Source: Candidatus Shapirobacteria bacterium
Lineage (GTDB): Bacteria; Patescibacteriota; Microgenomatia; UBA12405
Direction: 5' to 3'
Assembly (NCBI GenBank): GCA_037142555.1
Contig: JBAXAJ010000002.1
Span: forward strand, 15,029-79,028
DNA: 64,000 nucleotides
In this document: in pieces, positions 17,804 to 28,466 of the stretch
How the letters are laid out: every line of letters starts with the position of its first letter
Numbering within the stretch: the stretch's first letter is position 1
Position numbers and translations under genes: made by a program
Notes under the pieces: model-generated
What the model saw: the letters and a program-made list of their open reading frames with translations, nothing else
What the model was told of the DNA's origin: nothing
Database searches by the model: none

Positions 17804-18145
17804 TTACTTTTTAAATAAACATTTGAACAACCAAAATCCAAGATAGGTAAAAATTATCAGTTCTATTGTTGAAACAACTAAAAAGACCATTCCTACCGAA
17901 TTTAAAACAAAACCATATCGATATCTATCCCAAACTAACCTAGCACTGACATAAAAAATAGCTGGCATTATTGCCATCAAACTTAATAAAAAAATTTGCG
18001 ATTTGTCTCTTTCTTTTAACAAAGTTTTAATCGTCAAAAAAGGCTGGTTTAAGAGTTGATATAAATTACATAATAGCTTCCAAATCTGTCTAGCCGCGAT
18101 TAAAATAGTCAACCTAAAAATTTTTCTAAATCTTTTTTTTATCAT
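17804..18145 (-). CDS. Small membrane protein downstream of an ECF sigma factor
   Basis: Two hydrophobic segments; overlaps the sigma stop codon. Confidence 0.6.
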   Translation of the reverse strand: MIKKRFRKIFRLTILIAARQIWKLLCNLYQLLNQPFLTIKTLLKERDKSQIFLLSLMAIMPAIFYVSARLVWDRYRYGFVLNSVGMVFLVVSTIELIIFTYLGFWLFKCLFKK

Positions 18146-18626
18146 AATTCCAAACTTCTCTAAACTTATGTTTAGCTCTGATCAGCTTGGATTCCACTGC
18201 CTTATCACTTAATTTTAATTTATTAGCAATTTGGCTTATTTTGAATCCGTCTATATATTTAAGTCGTAAGATTTTCTTATATCCTTTGCTTATTTCTCTA
18301 AAAGTCTTTTTAATTTCGTCTTTAAGTTCATTTTTAAGCACATCTCGCTCAGGTGTCAGTGCCTTGTCAGCAATTTCTTCAAAAATTGGACAAGCTGAAA
18401 ATAAAATAGTTTTAAGTTTCTTTTTTCGGTAATAATCAATTATTTTATGTTTAGCAATGCTGCATAACCAACTAAATTCGCTACTTGTGCCACTAAAAGT
18501 CGACAGAGAAGTCATTCCCGCCATCATAATGTCATTGGTCAATTCTTCAACCATTCCCTCATCATCAACTTTTTTAGCCACAAAACTCTTTATACTTCGA
18601 TAATATTTGTTATAAAAATTTTCCAT
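18126..18626 (-). CDS. ECF-type RNA polymerase sigma factor
   Basis: Region 2 FSWLCSIAKHKIIDYYRK and region 4 GFKISQIA..L..S..AVESKL.RAK (track start 18650). Confidence 0.93.
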   Translation of the reverse strand: MENFYNKYYRSIKSFVAKKVDDEGMVEELTNDIMMAGMTSLSTFSGTSSEFSWLCSIAKHKIIDYYRKKKLKTILFSACPIFEEIADKALTPERDVLKNELKDEIKKTFREISKGYKKILRLKYIDGFKISQIANKLKLSDKAVESKLIRAKHKFREVWNYDKKKI

Positions 18627-18684
18627 TTGTATCCGTTTATTATATATCATTTAAAGAGGGCTTTTTTTGCATTATACTTATTTA

Positions 18685-19476
18685 ATGCTCTCCTTCAATA
18701 AAGATCATCCTTTAGATCAATTATCTTCAGAACTGAGACTAGATTTGCTTGAAATAATCTATCAATCCGGTGGCGGTCACATTGGTGGCTCTCTTTCTTC
18801 TATTGATTTAATGACTTCAGTTTATTTTTCCCAAATTTTTGATCTGAAAAAAGATCATTTCATTCTGTCAGCTGGTCACCTTTGCACAGCTCTTTATGTA
18901 GTTCTAGCCAAAGCTGGTTATTTCTCTCCAAAACTACTCCCAAGCTATTCTTCTTTTGGCTCTCTTCTTCAAGGTCATGTCTCTGCTCAAGTTCCAGGTG
19001 TTGAATATTCTTCTGGTTCTCTTGGTCAAGGGCTTTCTTTTGCTTGTGGCCTAGCTCTAGGTGACAGAGATAATAAAACTATTTGTCTAACTTCCGATGG
19101 GGAACACCAGGAAGGTCAAATTTGGGAAGCAGTTATGTTTGCCAAAAAATATCAACTTGGTAATTTAATTAATATTGTTGATTTTAATGGTTACCAAATC
19201 GATGGTGCTGTTAAAGACATTATGCCTCTAAATGATTTAGCTGCCAAATATATCAGTTTTGGTTGGTCGGTAACAACTGTCGATGGTCACGATTTTAATC
19301 AAATTTTTAAAGCTCTAAAAAAAGAATCTGTTCTATATCCTCATTGTATTATTGCCAAAACAACCCTAGGTAAAGGAATATCATACATGGAAAATAACTA
19401 TAACTATCATGATGTCAAAAACCTATCACCAGATCTCTATAATCAAGCCCTAGTTCAATTAAGGAGCAAATTATGA
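18685..19476 (+). CDS. Transketolase, N-terminal subunit
   Basis: GHIGGSLS, LSAGH, LQGH, GSLGQG, SDGE.QEGQ.WE (track start 18667). Confidence 0.94.
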   Translation: MLSFNKDHPLDQLSSELRLDLLEIIYQSGGGHIGGSLSSIDLMTSVYFSQIFDLKKDHFILSAGHLCTALYVVLAKAGYFSPKLLPSYSSFGSLLQGHVSAQVPGVEYSSGSLGQGLSFACGLALGDRDNKTICLTSDGEHQEGQIWEAVMFAKKYQLGNLINIVDFNGYQIDGAVKDIMPLNDLAAKYISFGWSVTTVDGHDFNQIFKALKKESVLYPHCIIAKTTLGKGISYMENNYNYHDVKNLSPDLYNQALVQLRSKL

Positions 19477-20393
19477 CCATTTCCATTCGCCAAGCCTTTG
19501 GAGAAACTCTCTATAATCTAGCCAAAACTAACCGAAATATATACGTTGTTGATATGGATTTGAAATCGTCTCTTTGTTTAAATAAATTTGCTCAAAAGTA
19601 TCCTCGTCGTTTTATCGAATGTGGTGTAGCTGAAAATAATGCTGCCGCCATTGCTGCTGGATTAGCCAAAACTGGCAAAACTGTTTTCCTAACTTCTTTC
19701 GCTTGTTTTTCCCCAGCTATAAATTGGAACACTATCAAGCAATCTATTGCTTATAATCAGGCTAATGTCAAAATAATTGGTTCTCACGCTGGTCTTTTAA
19801 GCACAGATCTAGGTGCTACTCATCAAATGTTAGAAGATGTAGCTCTAATGTCAGCCATGCCTAATATGGAAGTTTTTTCACCAATTGATTCAATTGAAAC
19901 CGAAAAATTGATCACCACTATTTCTCATAGTAAAACTCCAGCTTATGTCCGTTTGGTCAGAGCCACCACTCCTCAAGTTTTTGATAAAAAATTAACTTTC
20001 ACAATTGGTAAATCTCACATTTTGAAGAAAGGGGAAGACATCACTATTGTTGGTCACGGTCCAATTTTAAATCAGGCTTTTGATTCATCTTTACCAAAAA
20101 AAGTCTCGTTAGAAATTATAAATTGTTCTTCCATAAAACCTCTCGATGTTGCCACAATTGTCAAAAGTGTTAAGAAAACTAAGCATCTAATTTGCTTGGA
20201 GGATCACCAAAAAAATGGTGGTTTAGGACAAATGATTGCTTCAATTTTATTAGAAAAAAATATTCACCCAAAATTTGTTCATTTGGCAGTTGATAATAGA
20301 TTTGGTCAATCAGGTCGCGATTCAAAAAAGTTGTATGATTATTATAAAATAGGTGTTAATAATTTAATCGACGCTATTAATAAAATATTATGA
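19473..20393 (+). CDS. Transketolase, C-terminal subunit
   Basis: R.AFG, ECGVAE, GATHQ, EDH...GGLG. Confidence 0.94.
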   Translation: MTISIRQAFGETLYNLAKTNRNIYVVDMDLKSSLCLNKFAQKYPRRFIECGVAENNAAAIAAGLAKTGKTVFLTSFACFSPAINWNTIKQSIAYNQANVKIIGSHAGLLSTDLGATHQMLEDVALMSAMPNMEVFSPIDSIETEKLITTISHSKTPAYVRLVRATTPQVFDKKLTFTIGKSHILKKGEDITIVGHGPILNQAFDSSLPKKVSLEIINCSSIKPLDVATIVKSVKKTKHLICLEDHQKNGGLGQMIASILLEKNIHPKFVHLAVDNRFGQSGRDSKKLYDYYKIGVNNLIDAINKIL

Positions 20394-21199
20394 AAACCTT
20401 ACTAGAAATACTTTCAGATTATAAACTAAACAAGAAAGCCATTCCTGCTTTTAACATTGACACTTTTGAAATCTATCAAGCTGTTGAAGATGCTGTCAGG
20501 GAAACTAATTTGCCATGTATTGTCCAACTCTCAGCCGGTGAAGATCAGTTTATCCAAGCTGAAAGGCTCTTTATTCTAGTCAAAAAAGCTCAAATCGACG
20601 GCTTACCAATCTATCTAAACATGGATCATGGCAAAGACATTTCCAGACTCGAAAAAGCCGCTAATCTAGGTTTTGAAATGCTTCATTTTGATGGTTCAAC
20701 TCTAGACTATAAAACAAATTTAACTACCGCAAAAGCTTTCATCGAAAATGTTAAAACAAATAATTCTCAAATTATAATTGAAGTCGAATTCAACAAAATT
20801 GGAGCCGATCTTTTAACTGACCCTGACCAAGCCCTAGAATTTATGTCCCAAACCAAAGCTGATCTATTTGCTGTTTCCATTGGTAACCAACACGGAGCCG
20901 ATCCTAGTTCTCCAGAAAAAATAGATCTAAATTTACTCAAACAAATAGCTGCAAAAATGCCAGATACTTTCTTAACTCTTCATGGTGGTTCTGGAATTCC
21001 TAGTGAAGACATAAGTGCCGCCATTAAACTAGGTGTAGTCAAAATTAATATCAATACTGATTTAAGAATAGCTTTTAAACAATCTCTAACTTCTAGTTTG
21101 TCTTCAGTTAATTCCGAGAAAATTTACGAATATTTCAATCCAATCATTGCTGACTTAAAAGAAATAGTTATTCAAAAATTAAGACAATTTTATGTTTGA
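20390..21199 (+). CDS. fba: Class II fructose-bisphosphate aldolase
   Basis: PAFN, DHG, IGNQHG, LHGGSG, KININT. Confidence 0.92.
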   Translation: MKTLLEILSDYKLNKKAIPAFNIDTFEIYQAVEDAVRETNLPCIVQLSAGEDQFIQAERLFILVKKAQIDGLPIYLNMDHGKDISRLEKAANLGFEMLHFDGSTLDYKTNLTTAKAFIENVKTNNSQIIIEVEFNKIGADLLTDPDQALEFMSQTKADLFAVSIGNQHGADPSSPEKIDLNLLKQIAAKMPDTFLTLHGGSGIPSEDISAAIKLGVVKININTDLRIAFKQSLTSSLSSVNSEKIYEYFNPIIADLKEIVIQKLRQFYV

Positions 21200-22112
21200 T
21201 GTAATTTCTATTGGTGCGGCCACAGTCGATATTTTCGCTAAATCACATCAATTTTTAGTTAAGAACAATCTTTTATCTCTCGACTATTCTTCCAAAAGTG
21301 AAATCAGTCAAAGCCTAATTTGTTCTGGTGGTGGTGCCACCAATTCTTCAGTTTGTTTTTCTCGTCTAGGTCTCAAATCAAGTTGTGTTTCCTTAATAGG
21401 TGACGATAAATTAAAAAATTTCATCATAGATGATTTAAAAACAGACCATGTCCCAACTGATTTTTTGACTCTATCTAAAAATGACAGCACTGACTTTTCT
21501 ATAATTCTAGTTGCTCCAGATGGGGGACGATCTATTTTGACCAATCGCGGTCAATCACGTCTAGAAGAAAAAAATATTCCTTGGAACAAAATTTCTAAAA
21601 CAAAATGGTTATACATCACTTCACTTGAAGGGAATATTGATCTTCTAGAAAAATTAATTGGTTTTGCTCTAGAAAATAACATTAAAATTGCTCTTAACCC
21701 TGGTAACCGTGAGTTAAATCAACAAAAACTTATTTTCCCTCTTCTAAAATATGTTGATTTTCTTCTACTTAACAAAACTGAATCAGAAATATTAATTGAA
21801 AATACAAAAAATAAAACTGAACTTTTCCAAAAACTAACCTCCACTGGTGCTAAAATAATAGCCGTCACTAATGGCAGAGAAGGAGCTTATGTTTTTTTTG
21901 GAGATAAACAATATCATTCTCCAATCATTAACACTCAATCTGAAGATGAAACTGGAGCTGGTGATTCTTTTGGTTCTGCTTTTGTTGCTGCTCTAATCTA
22001 TCAAAAAGATGTCCAACAATCTCTTTCTTGGGGAATCAAAAATTCAGCTTCAGTCGTTTCTTTCCTAGGCGCCAAACCCGGACTTTTAAATTTATTAGAA
22101 ATTAGTCATTAG
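21192..22112 (+). CDS. PfkB-family carbohydrate kinase
   Basis: GGGATN..V..SRLG and DETGAGDSF signatures. Confidence 0.93.
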   Translation: MFDVISIGAATVDIFAKSHQFLVKNNLLSLDYSSKSEISQSLICSGGGATNSSVCFSRLGLKSSCVSLIGDDKLKNFIIDDLKTDHVPTDFLTLSKNDSTDFSIILVAPDGGRSILTNRGQSRLEEKNIPWNKISKTKWLYITSLEGNIDLLEKLIGFALENNIKIALNPGNRELNQQKLIFPLLKYVDFLLLNKTESEILIENTKNKTELFQKLTSTGAKIIAVTNGREGAYVFFGDKQYHSPIINTQSEDETGAGDSFGSAFVAALIYQKDVQQSLSWGIKNSASVVSFLGAKPGLLNLLEISH

Positions 22113-22124
22113 AAATTAGAAATT
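22094..22124. repeat. Heptamer tandem repeat (ATTAGAA type)
   Basis: ATTAGAA ATTAGTC ATTAGAA ATTAGAA spanning the pfkB stop. Confidence 0.7.
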
Positions 22125-22130
22125 TTACCT

Positions 22131-22751
22131 ATGCTTCCAAAACCAGAAAAAATCAAAAAAACACCCTCAGCTGAGCAACTAGATTTAGTTGACACACTGT
22201 CTTTGGAAAAAAAAGTTAAAAATAAAAGACGTTTTGTTTTAATTGCCCTAATTTTAACTACTGGTTTAAGTTTTGCTTTTTGGACCTATCGTTCCAGCAC
22301 TAATTTAATTAGCAACAAATCTTTTCCTAAAATTAAAACAGATTTCAAAATACCTGAAGTAAAAATGTCAGATGTCAAAGTTTCTTCAACCAATTTTGAT
22401 CAGTCAATTAATCAAATAATTTCCAAAGATTCAAATCATTGGTCGATTAAAACGGAAACTCTTCTAGGAGATCTATCTTCATATTCTCTAAATCCTCAAG
22501 ATTTTTCCACTTCTTCAAAAAACACAATTGATTCTCTTTCAAAATTACCAGTTTCAACTGAAAGTTTAATTAAAAATAGTCTTCCTCAAGGCACAAAAAT
22601 CCAAGAATTAGGAACAGATTATTTAATCACTACACCTCAACAAAAGATTCTTTTCCAATTCAAAATTAATGGTCAAAACATAGATCAATCAAAAAAATTA
22701 ATTCCATCTCTAGTCGAAAAACTTTATTGGTATCTAGTCCTTAAGGGATAA
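22131..22751 (+). CDS. Single-TM hypothetical protein
   Basis: 206-aa ORF with one hydrophobic segment. Confidence 0.65.
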   Translation: MLPKPEKIKKTPSAEQLDLVDTLSLEKKVKNKRRFVLIALILTTGLSFAFWTYRSSTNLISNKSFPKIKTDFKIPEVKMSDVKVSSTNFDQSINQIISKDSNHWSIKTETLLGDLSSYSLNPQDFSTSSKNTIDSLSKLPVSTESLIKNSLPQGTKIQELGTDYLITTPQQKILFQFKINGQNIDQSKKLIPSLVEKLYWYLVLKG

Positions 22752-24788
22752 ATTATTTGGAATTTGCCAACCTTCATTTTTCTTATCTTTCAAAATACCA
22801 CTAATAATTCTATTCCAAATTGGAGTAGCTCCAGAAACTCCAGAAGCCACCCAACTCATTGGACTACTATCATTATTTCCCACCCAAACAGCTGTTAAAT
22901 AACTTGGAGTCCAACCAATACACCAATTGTCTTTTAAATTATTTGTAGTTCCAGTTTTAACTGCCACTGTTTTTTCTGGGATATTTAGTAAAGAGTTTTT
23001 CCCAAAAATAGGTGATCTAGCCTGATTATCACTTAAAGCGCTATTAATTAAAAATGTATATTTTTCTTTAATTATTTCTTTTTCCTCAACTTTTTTTTCA
23101 TAAATAGTTTTTCCTAAATAATCTTCTATTTTCAAAACAGGATTAATCTCTATTTTCTTACCAGAATTAGCAAAAATAGAATAAGCTCCAGCCAATTCAG
23201 TCATTTTCACTTCACCGCTTCCTAAAGCTAAAGACAACCCATATCTGTCTCTATCTTTCCAGGTGCTAATTCCCATGCTTTCGCCTAGATCAATCATCTT
23301 AGCAACTCCATTTTTAGCTAATAATTTTACTGATGGGATATTCAAAGATGAGGCCAGTGCTGTTTTAAGAGTCACAGTCCCCATATATTTCCCATTATAA
23401 TTTTTAGGAGAATAAGGTTTTTGCCCGGCCACATAATAAGTTATTGGGCTATCATTTATAGTTGAAGTTAAATTAAATCCATTTTCCAAGGCTAGCAGGT
23501 AGTTTATTGGTTTAATTGAAGAACCAGGCTGTCTCAGGGCTGTAGTGACGTTAAATTCACCATCTATATCCAAAGCATTATAATCTTTTGATCCAACCAT
23601 TGCTAAAATATCTCCATTTTTTACATCAATCACCAGAGCTGCTCCATTTGTTATATTTAACTTTTTAACTTTATCTAATTCTTCCAAAACCACTTTTTCT
23701 GACAGATCTTGAATTTCTGGATCTAAACTTGTCGTCACTGTCAGCCCTAGTCGACCAACATTTTCAAAATTATATTTTTGTTCCAACAAATTTTTTATAT
23801 AAAAAACAAAATGTGGTGCTTTAATTTTCTTTTTATATTTAATTATCGAAACTTTATTATTGTTTAATTCATCAGCTTTTTCTTGGCTAATAAATTTTGC
23901 TTTCAACATTTCTTCAACAACTCTTTTTTGTCTAGCATATCCATATTCTGGGTTATTGGAAAAAGGGGAGAAAGAACTTGGTGCCGCTGGCAGTCCAGCT
24001 AAATAACTAGCTTCACCATCATTAATTTCCCAAACATTTTTGCCAAAATATTTCAAAGATGCTTCTTGAACGCCATAAGCTTCACCACCATAAGAAACCT
24101 GGTTAAAATATTTTTCCAAAATTTCATTTTTACTTAATTTAGATTCAACTAATAAAGTCAAAACAGCTTCTTTAAATTTTCTCTTAAAAGATTTTTCATT
24201 TGTGAAATATATATTTTTAACCAATTGTTGGGTTAAAGTTGAACCACCTCTTAATTTGTTTTCTGGTGTTTTTTTAAAATTATAAATTATGGCCTGGGAT
24301 AAACCTTTAAAAGATATTCCATGGTGTTTATAAAAATCCTTGTCTTCAATCGCTAAAGTTGCTTTAACTAATGAGTCAGGAATTCTATTTAGAGGCACCC
24401 AACTTCTATTTTCATCTTCATAAAATTTATATAAAAGATTTCCATTTCGATCAACAATTTTTGTTGACATTCTTGGTGCATTATAAATTTGATCAACACT
24501 TGGTAAATCTTTAATTATCTTTAAATAAAATAAATATCCACCGCCGACAAATAATATTAATAAAAATAAAATCCAAAAATATTTCCATTTAATTTTAAAA
24601 TTTAAATTAAATTTTATTTTAAGTTTTTTTATTTTTTTAGTCTTTAAAAACCGCCAAAATTTATTTAAAAAAGAAAGAAATTTAGAACCAAATTTATTGG
24701 AAAAATTAACCAAAAAAGTTATCGTCCGATATGCCGGCTTACCAATACTGACCAAAATTGCTGCTATTGTTTGCAGTAATAACATCAT
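22734..24788 (-). CDS. Class A penicillin-binding protein
   Basis: EDKDFYKH, GGSTLTQQLVKN, RQPGSSIK, SLN, KTGT. Confidence 0.96.
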   Translation of the reverse strand: MMLLLQTIAAILVSIGKPAYRTITFLVNFSNKFGSKFLSFLNKFWRFLKTKKIKKLKIKFNLNFKIKWKYFWILFLLILFVGGGYLFYLKIIKDLPSVDQIYNAPRMSTKIVDRNGNLLYKFYEDENRSWVPLNRIPDSLVKATLAIEDKDFYKHHGISFKGLSQAIIYNFKKTPENKLRGGSTLTQQLVKNIYFTNEKSFKRKFKEAVLTLLVESKLSKNEILEKYFNQVSYGGEAYGVQEASLKYFGKNVWEINDGEASYLAGLPAAPSSFSPFSNNPEYGYARQKRVVEEMLKAKFISQEKADELNNNKVSIIKYKKKIKAPHFVFYIKNLLEQKYNFENVGRLGLTVTTSLDPEIQDLSEKVVLEELDKVKKLNITNGAALVIDVKNGDILAMVGSKDYNALDIDGEFNVTTALRQPGSSIKPINYLLALENGFNLTSTINDSPITYYVAGQKPYSPKNYNGKYMGTVTLKTALASSLNIPSVKLLAKNGVAKMIDLGESMGISTWKDRDRYGLSLALGSGEVKMTELAGAYSIFANSGKKIEINPVLKIEDYLGKTIYEKKVEEKEIIKEKYTFLINSALSDNQARSPIFGKNSLLNIPEKTVAVKTGTTNNLKDNWCIGWTPSYLTAVWVGNNDSSPMSWVASGVSGATPIWNRIISGILKDKKNEGWQIPNNLSLKD

Positions 24789-27007
24789 TAATTAACTGTG
24801 ACTACTGGTTTAACTGGTGCTGGAGCACCATCAGTAGGTATTGGTTGTGGTGTAGCTGGTGCAGGGCAGTCTAGACAGACATTCACTCCCACAACATCTT
24901 TAACCACACTATGTTCTTGCCACTCGACGTTAGTGGCATTTGTATCACCAGTTCCAACTATTTGGCCGGTGTCTTTATTTATTAAAACGTTAGATTTTAA
25001 GGCCACATTTTTTTGTGGCAAAAACTCTTTTTTAAAATATTCGAAATGAGAAGCACATCCACCTTCGGGGACTGCTCCACCACTTAAATTACAAACATTC
25101 ATTCCCACCAAACCAGCTGGCATGGTTGGCTTTTTGACAGCTTTATCTTTAAGGATATAAGTCATCAATTTATTCCAAATTGGGGCGGCTCCGCTAATTC
25201 CAGAAACCACTCCACTCATTCTAGTATTGTCATTATTACCAACCCAAGTTGAAACCACAAAATCAGAAGTGTAACCAAGAGTCCAGTTATCTCTTAAATC
25301 GTTTGTAGTTCCAGTTTTAACTGCCACTTCTGGATGACCTTTAATATTTAAAAGAGAACCTCTTCCAAAAACCATTGATCTAGCTCCATCATCAGATAAA
25401 ATTTGTTGAATAATGAAAGTTGCTTCCCTAGACAAAACTCTTTCTCCAGCTCCTTCTTTATATTCTTCCAAAATCTTACCTCGTTGATCAACCACTTTCA
25501 AAATAGGGCTAATTTCTTGTTTAATTCCCATATTAGCCAAAGTTCCATAGGCTGTAATCATGTCAGTCATCATTACTTCACCACCACCTAAAGTCAAAGA
25601 TAAACCATAGTTTGAAGGATCCTTAAAACTACTGATTCCCATTGCTGATGCTGAAGCTACAAAAGTTTCTAGACCATTTAGTTTCAAAACTTTAACTGCT
25701 CCTATGTTTAATGAATTAGCCAAAGAATTTCTGATTGTTTGTAAACCATGATAAGCATTTCCATAATTAGTTGGACAATATGGCTTTTGGCCTATTTGAG
25801 CAAAACAAGTTGGGCTATCATCAACTATCGATCCAGCTGTTATTTTCCCTAGTTCTAAACCAACCACATAATTTAATGGTTTAATTGATGATCCAGGTTG
25901 TCTTAGAGCTGTAGTCACATTATATTTACCATCAATATCGTTTGAAAAATAATCGACTGACCCAACCATTGCTAATATTTGTCCACTTTTTGGTTCAGTA
26001 ATCAAAGCAGATCCATTTGTGACATTTGATTTTCTCAATTTTGCCACTTCTGAAGCCACAGTAGTTTCAGTATATTTTTGTAAGTTTAGATCTAAAGTAG
26101 TAGTAATTTTTAAACCACCCTCAGACACCATTTTTTCACCATATTTTTCAATCAATTTTTCTCTAACATAAAAGACAAAATGTGGGGCTGAAATATCGTT
26201 TTTGGTAACAGAATAATTGAGCTGTTCACTTTTAGCCTTTTCAAATTCTTCATCATTAATCCATCCCAATTCTTTCATTCTAATTAAAACCATCTCTTGT
26301 CTATTTTTAGCTGCTTGTGGGTGTAAAAATGGATTATATTTAGTTGGTGAACCGGGCAAACCAGCAATCAAAGCCGATTCAGCTAAATTTAAATCTCTGA
26401 CATTTTTGTTAAAAATATTTTTTGAAGCAGCTTGAGCACCCCAAGCAGTTCCACCATAAGGAGTTTGATTAAAATACATTTCCAAAATTTGGTCTTTATT
26501 ATAAAGGAACTCTGTTGCCACAGTCAAAATAGCTTCTTTAACTTTTCTAGAGATTGTTCTTTCTGGTGTTAATAGGGCATTTTTAACTAATTGTTGGGTC
26601 AGGGTTGAACCACCCTGAAGTCTTTTTTGAACGATAGTTCTAAATAAACCTCTTAAAATTCCTTTAATATCAAAACCACCGTGATTATAAAAATTTGAAT
26701 CTTCAATTGCTAAAGTTGCTTTTTTAAGACTATCAGGAATTTCGCTAATCAAAACTGGGACTCGATTTCTGTCAGCATAAATTTCATAGAGAAGCACTCC
26801 ATTACGGTCAAAAATTTGCGACGATTCTGGATATTGATCAGCAGTTATTAATTTTTTAGGACTAGGAATATTTTTAGCAACTATATATATAGTTAATAAG
26901 ACAGTCAAAACAATTGCACCAATAATTCCCAATGTTATCCACTTTATTCTTGATTTAAATTTAAGTATTTTTTTAATACTTTTTTTATCTTTCTTTATTT
27001 TCTTCAT
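24788..27007 (-). CDS. Class A penicillin-binding protein (tandem paralogue)
   Basis: EDSNFYNH, GGSTLTQQLVKN, RQPGSSIK, SLN, KTGT. Confidence 0.96.
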   Translation of the reverse strand: MKKIKKDKKSIKKILKFKSRIKWITLGIIGAIVLTVLLTIYIVAKNIPSPKKLITADQYPESSQIFDRNGVLLYEIYADRNRVPVLISEIPDSLKKATLAIEDSNFYNHGGFDIKGILRGLFRTIVQKRLQGGSTLTQQLVKNALLTPERTISRKVKEAILTVATEFLYNKDQILEMYFNQTPYGGTAWGAQAASKNIFNKNVRDLNLAESALIAGLPGSPTKYNPFLHPQAAKNRQEMVLIRMKELGWINDEEFEKAKSEQLNYSVTKNDISAPHFVFYVREKLIEKYGEKMVSEGGLKITTTLDLNLQKYTETTVASEVAKLRKSNVTNGSALITEPKSGQILAMVGSVDYFSNDIDGKYNVTTALRQPGSSIKPLNYVVGLELGKITAGSIVDDSPTCFAQIGQKPYCPTNYGNAYHGLQTIRNSLANSLNIGAVKVLKLNGLETFVASASAMGISSFKDPSNYGLSLTLGGGEVMMTDMITAYGTLANMGIKQEISPILKVVDQRGKILEEYKEGAGERVLSREATFIIQQILSDDGARSMVFGRGSLLNIKGHPEVAVKTGTTNDLRDNWTLGYTSDFVVSTWVGNNDNTRMSGVVSGISGAAPIWNKLMTYILKDKAVKKPTMPAGLVGMNVCNLSGGAVPEGGCASHFEYFKKEFLPQKNVALKSNVLINKDTGQIVGTGDTNATNVEWQEHSVVKDVVGVNVCLDCPAPATPQPIPTDGAPAPVKPVVTVN

Positions 27008-27608
27008 TCCATTTATCTAGATCTGTAACTATTTCATTATATTTATTTTGATCTATTTTTTTATCAGTGTTCATTTTAATTAATGCTTCTTTGTATGCTA
27101 ACCCAGCTTTATTAATTTCTTCTTTTAACTTTTTTGAATCAGTACTTTCTTTATTAATATTTGAAGTAATCTCCTCTGCATATTTTAATTTATTTATAGC
27201 CTCTTCACTAGTATCTAGAATTAAATTATAATTTTTTTCTTTACAAAGATTCAACGATTCATTCATTTTTTTATCAGCCACTAATAAAGTTATTTTGGCT
27301 TTATCTAGAGGTTCATGGCTCAATAATATCCACATAAAATCTCTAAGTTCTTTAACTTTGTAAATTGGGCTATTAGGTAATGTTTTTACTTCCGGAAGGC
27401 TATAAGTGCATTTTTCCTGTTCTCCATTTTTTTTATTCATAACAAATTCAATTGGTTCAATTCTCAATTTATTATCATTGTTGTTTTTAGCCATTGTATC
27501 TAGACTAGTTTTAAAAATAGAAAAATACAAAATTCCAAAACTAAAAGCCACAGCTACTACATTAAAAATTAGTTGGCCAGGGAACCTATTCTTTGAAGGG
27601 GACTGCAT
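26985..27608 (-). CDS. TM-anchored helical protein (DUF5667-like)
   Basis: LPNSPIYKVK...KA...L..ADKK..E pattern. Confidence 0.6.
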   Translation of the reverse strand: MQSPSKNRFPGQLIFNVVAVAFSFGILYFSIFKTSLDTMAKNNNDNKLRIEPIEFVMNKKNGEQEKCTYSLPEVKTLPNSPIYKVKELRDFMWILLSHEPLDKAKITLLVADKKMNESLNLCKEKNYNLILDTSEEAINKLKYAEEITSNINKESTDSKKLKEEINKAGLAYKEALIKMNTDKKIDQNKYNEIVTDLDKWNEENKER

Positions 27609-27611
27609 AAC

Positions 27612-28412
27612 TTATATTTTAACAGGTTTATGATTATCTTTTGTATGGAAAAAAGCTTGTTTCAAACTAACTTCTTCATTTCTAATTTTTCTTCTCATAA
27701 ACAAATATTGGGGGATAAAAATTAATAAATTCAAAACCCATCCAAAATAATTATTTCTATTTCGACGATCTAACATCGACGATCTAACATCTATTTTAGA
27801 ATATCCATTAATTACCCACTTTTTTGCCCAACTATTTTCTAATATAAATTTCCCATAAGTATTTTCTCTATTTAATATTGGCTTCATTAAAATCAGATCA
27901 ACTGCACTTCTTAAATGTTGTCTACTTTTTGGTAGTAATAAATTATCTTCATCAAGCCAAAAATTAAAACAAAATTCGTCTTTATTTTCTTTCTGTCCAT
28001 ATTTTCGGTGGGGGATTTGATTAATATAAATAAAAAATCTCAGTTTCAGTCTAGTTTGCCATAAAGCATTTTTTCTAGTAATTATTATTATGTCGATATC
28101 ATCATTTTTTTTAGGATGTCCAGCCGCCACCGATCCTGTCACCCCAACCATTAAAATATTTTTAAATTTCTTTTTAAGTAACAGAGCTAATTTCTTCGCC
28201 TTCTTTATTTTTATTTCTTTTAATTTTCCCCCTTCATCAAGGGGGAATCCCGATTTATCGGGAAGGGGGTTTTTAAAGAGGATTTTTTTAATATCTTCAT
28301 CACCATAAACCTCACTAGATATTAATCTCTCTTTAATTTCCTCAAAATTAAGTTCACAACCATGCTTTTTTGCATAGGCAATTGTCTTTTTAATTGAATC
28401 ATCTAATTTCAT
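27612..28412 (-). CDS. Pol-beta-type nucleotidyltransferase domain protein
   Basis: VTGSVA.G.....DDIDIIII, FCFN; start probably MKLDD (track start 28466). Confidence 0.8.
   Translation of the reverse strand: MKLDDSIKKTIAYAKKHGCELNFEEIKERLISSEVYGDEDIKKILFKNPLPDKSGFPLDEGGKLKEIKIKKAKKLALLLKKKFKNILMVGVTGSVAAGHPKKNDDIDIIIITRKNALWQTRLKLRFFIYINQIPHRKYGQKENKDEFCFNFWLDEDNLLLPKSRQHLRSAVDLILMKPILNRENTYGKFILENSWAKKWVINGYSKIDVRSSMLDRRNRNNYFGWVLNLLIFIPQYLFMRRKIRNEEVSLKQAFFHTKDNHKPVKI
28228..28273. repeat. GC-rich palindromic (REP-like) element inside a CDS
   Basis: CCCCCTT-CATC-AAGGGGG-AAT-CCCGAT-TT-ATCGGG-AAGGGGG-TTTT. Confidence 0.8.
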
Positions 28413-28466
28413 CTTTATGTATTTTATCCTAAACTTAATTACTCCTTGATATAATAATGCATTCAT

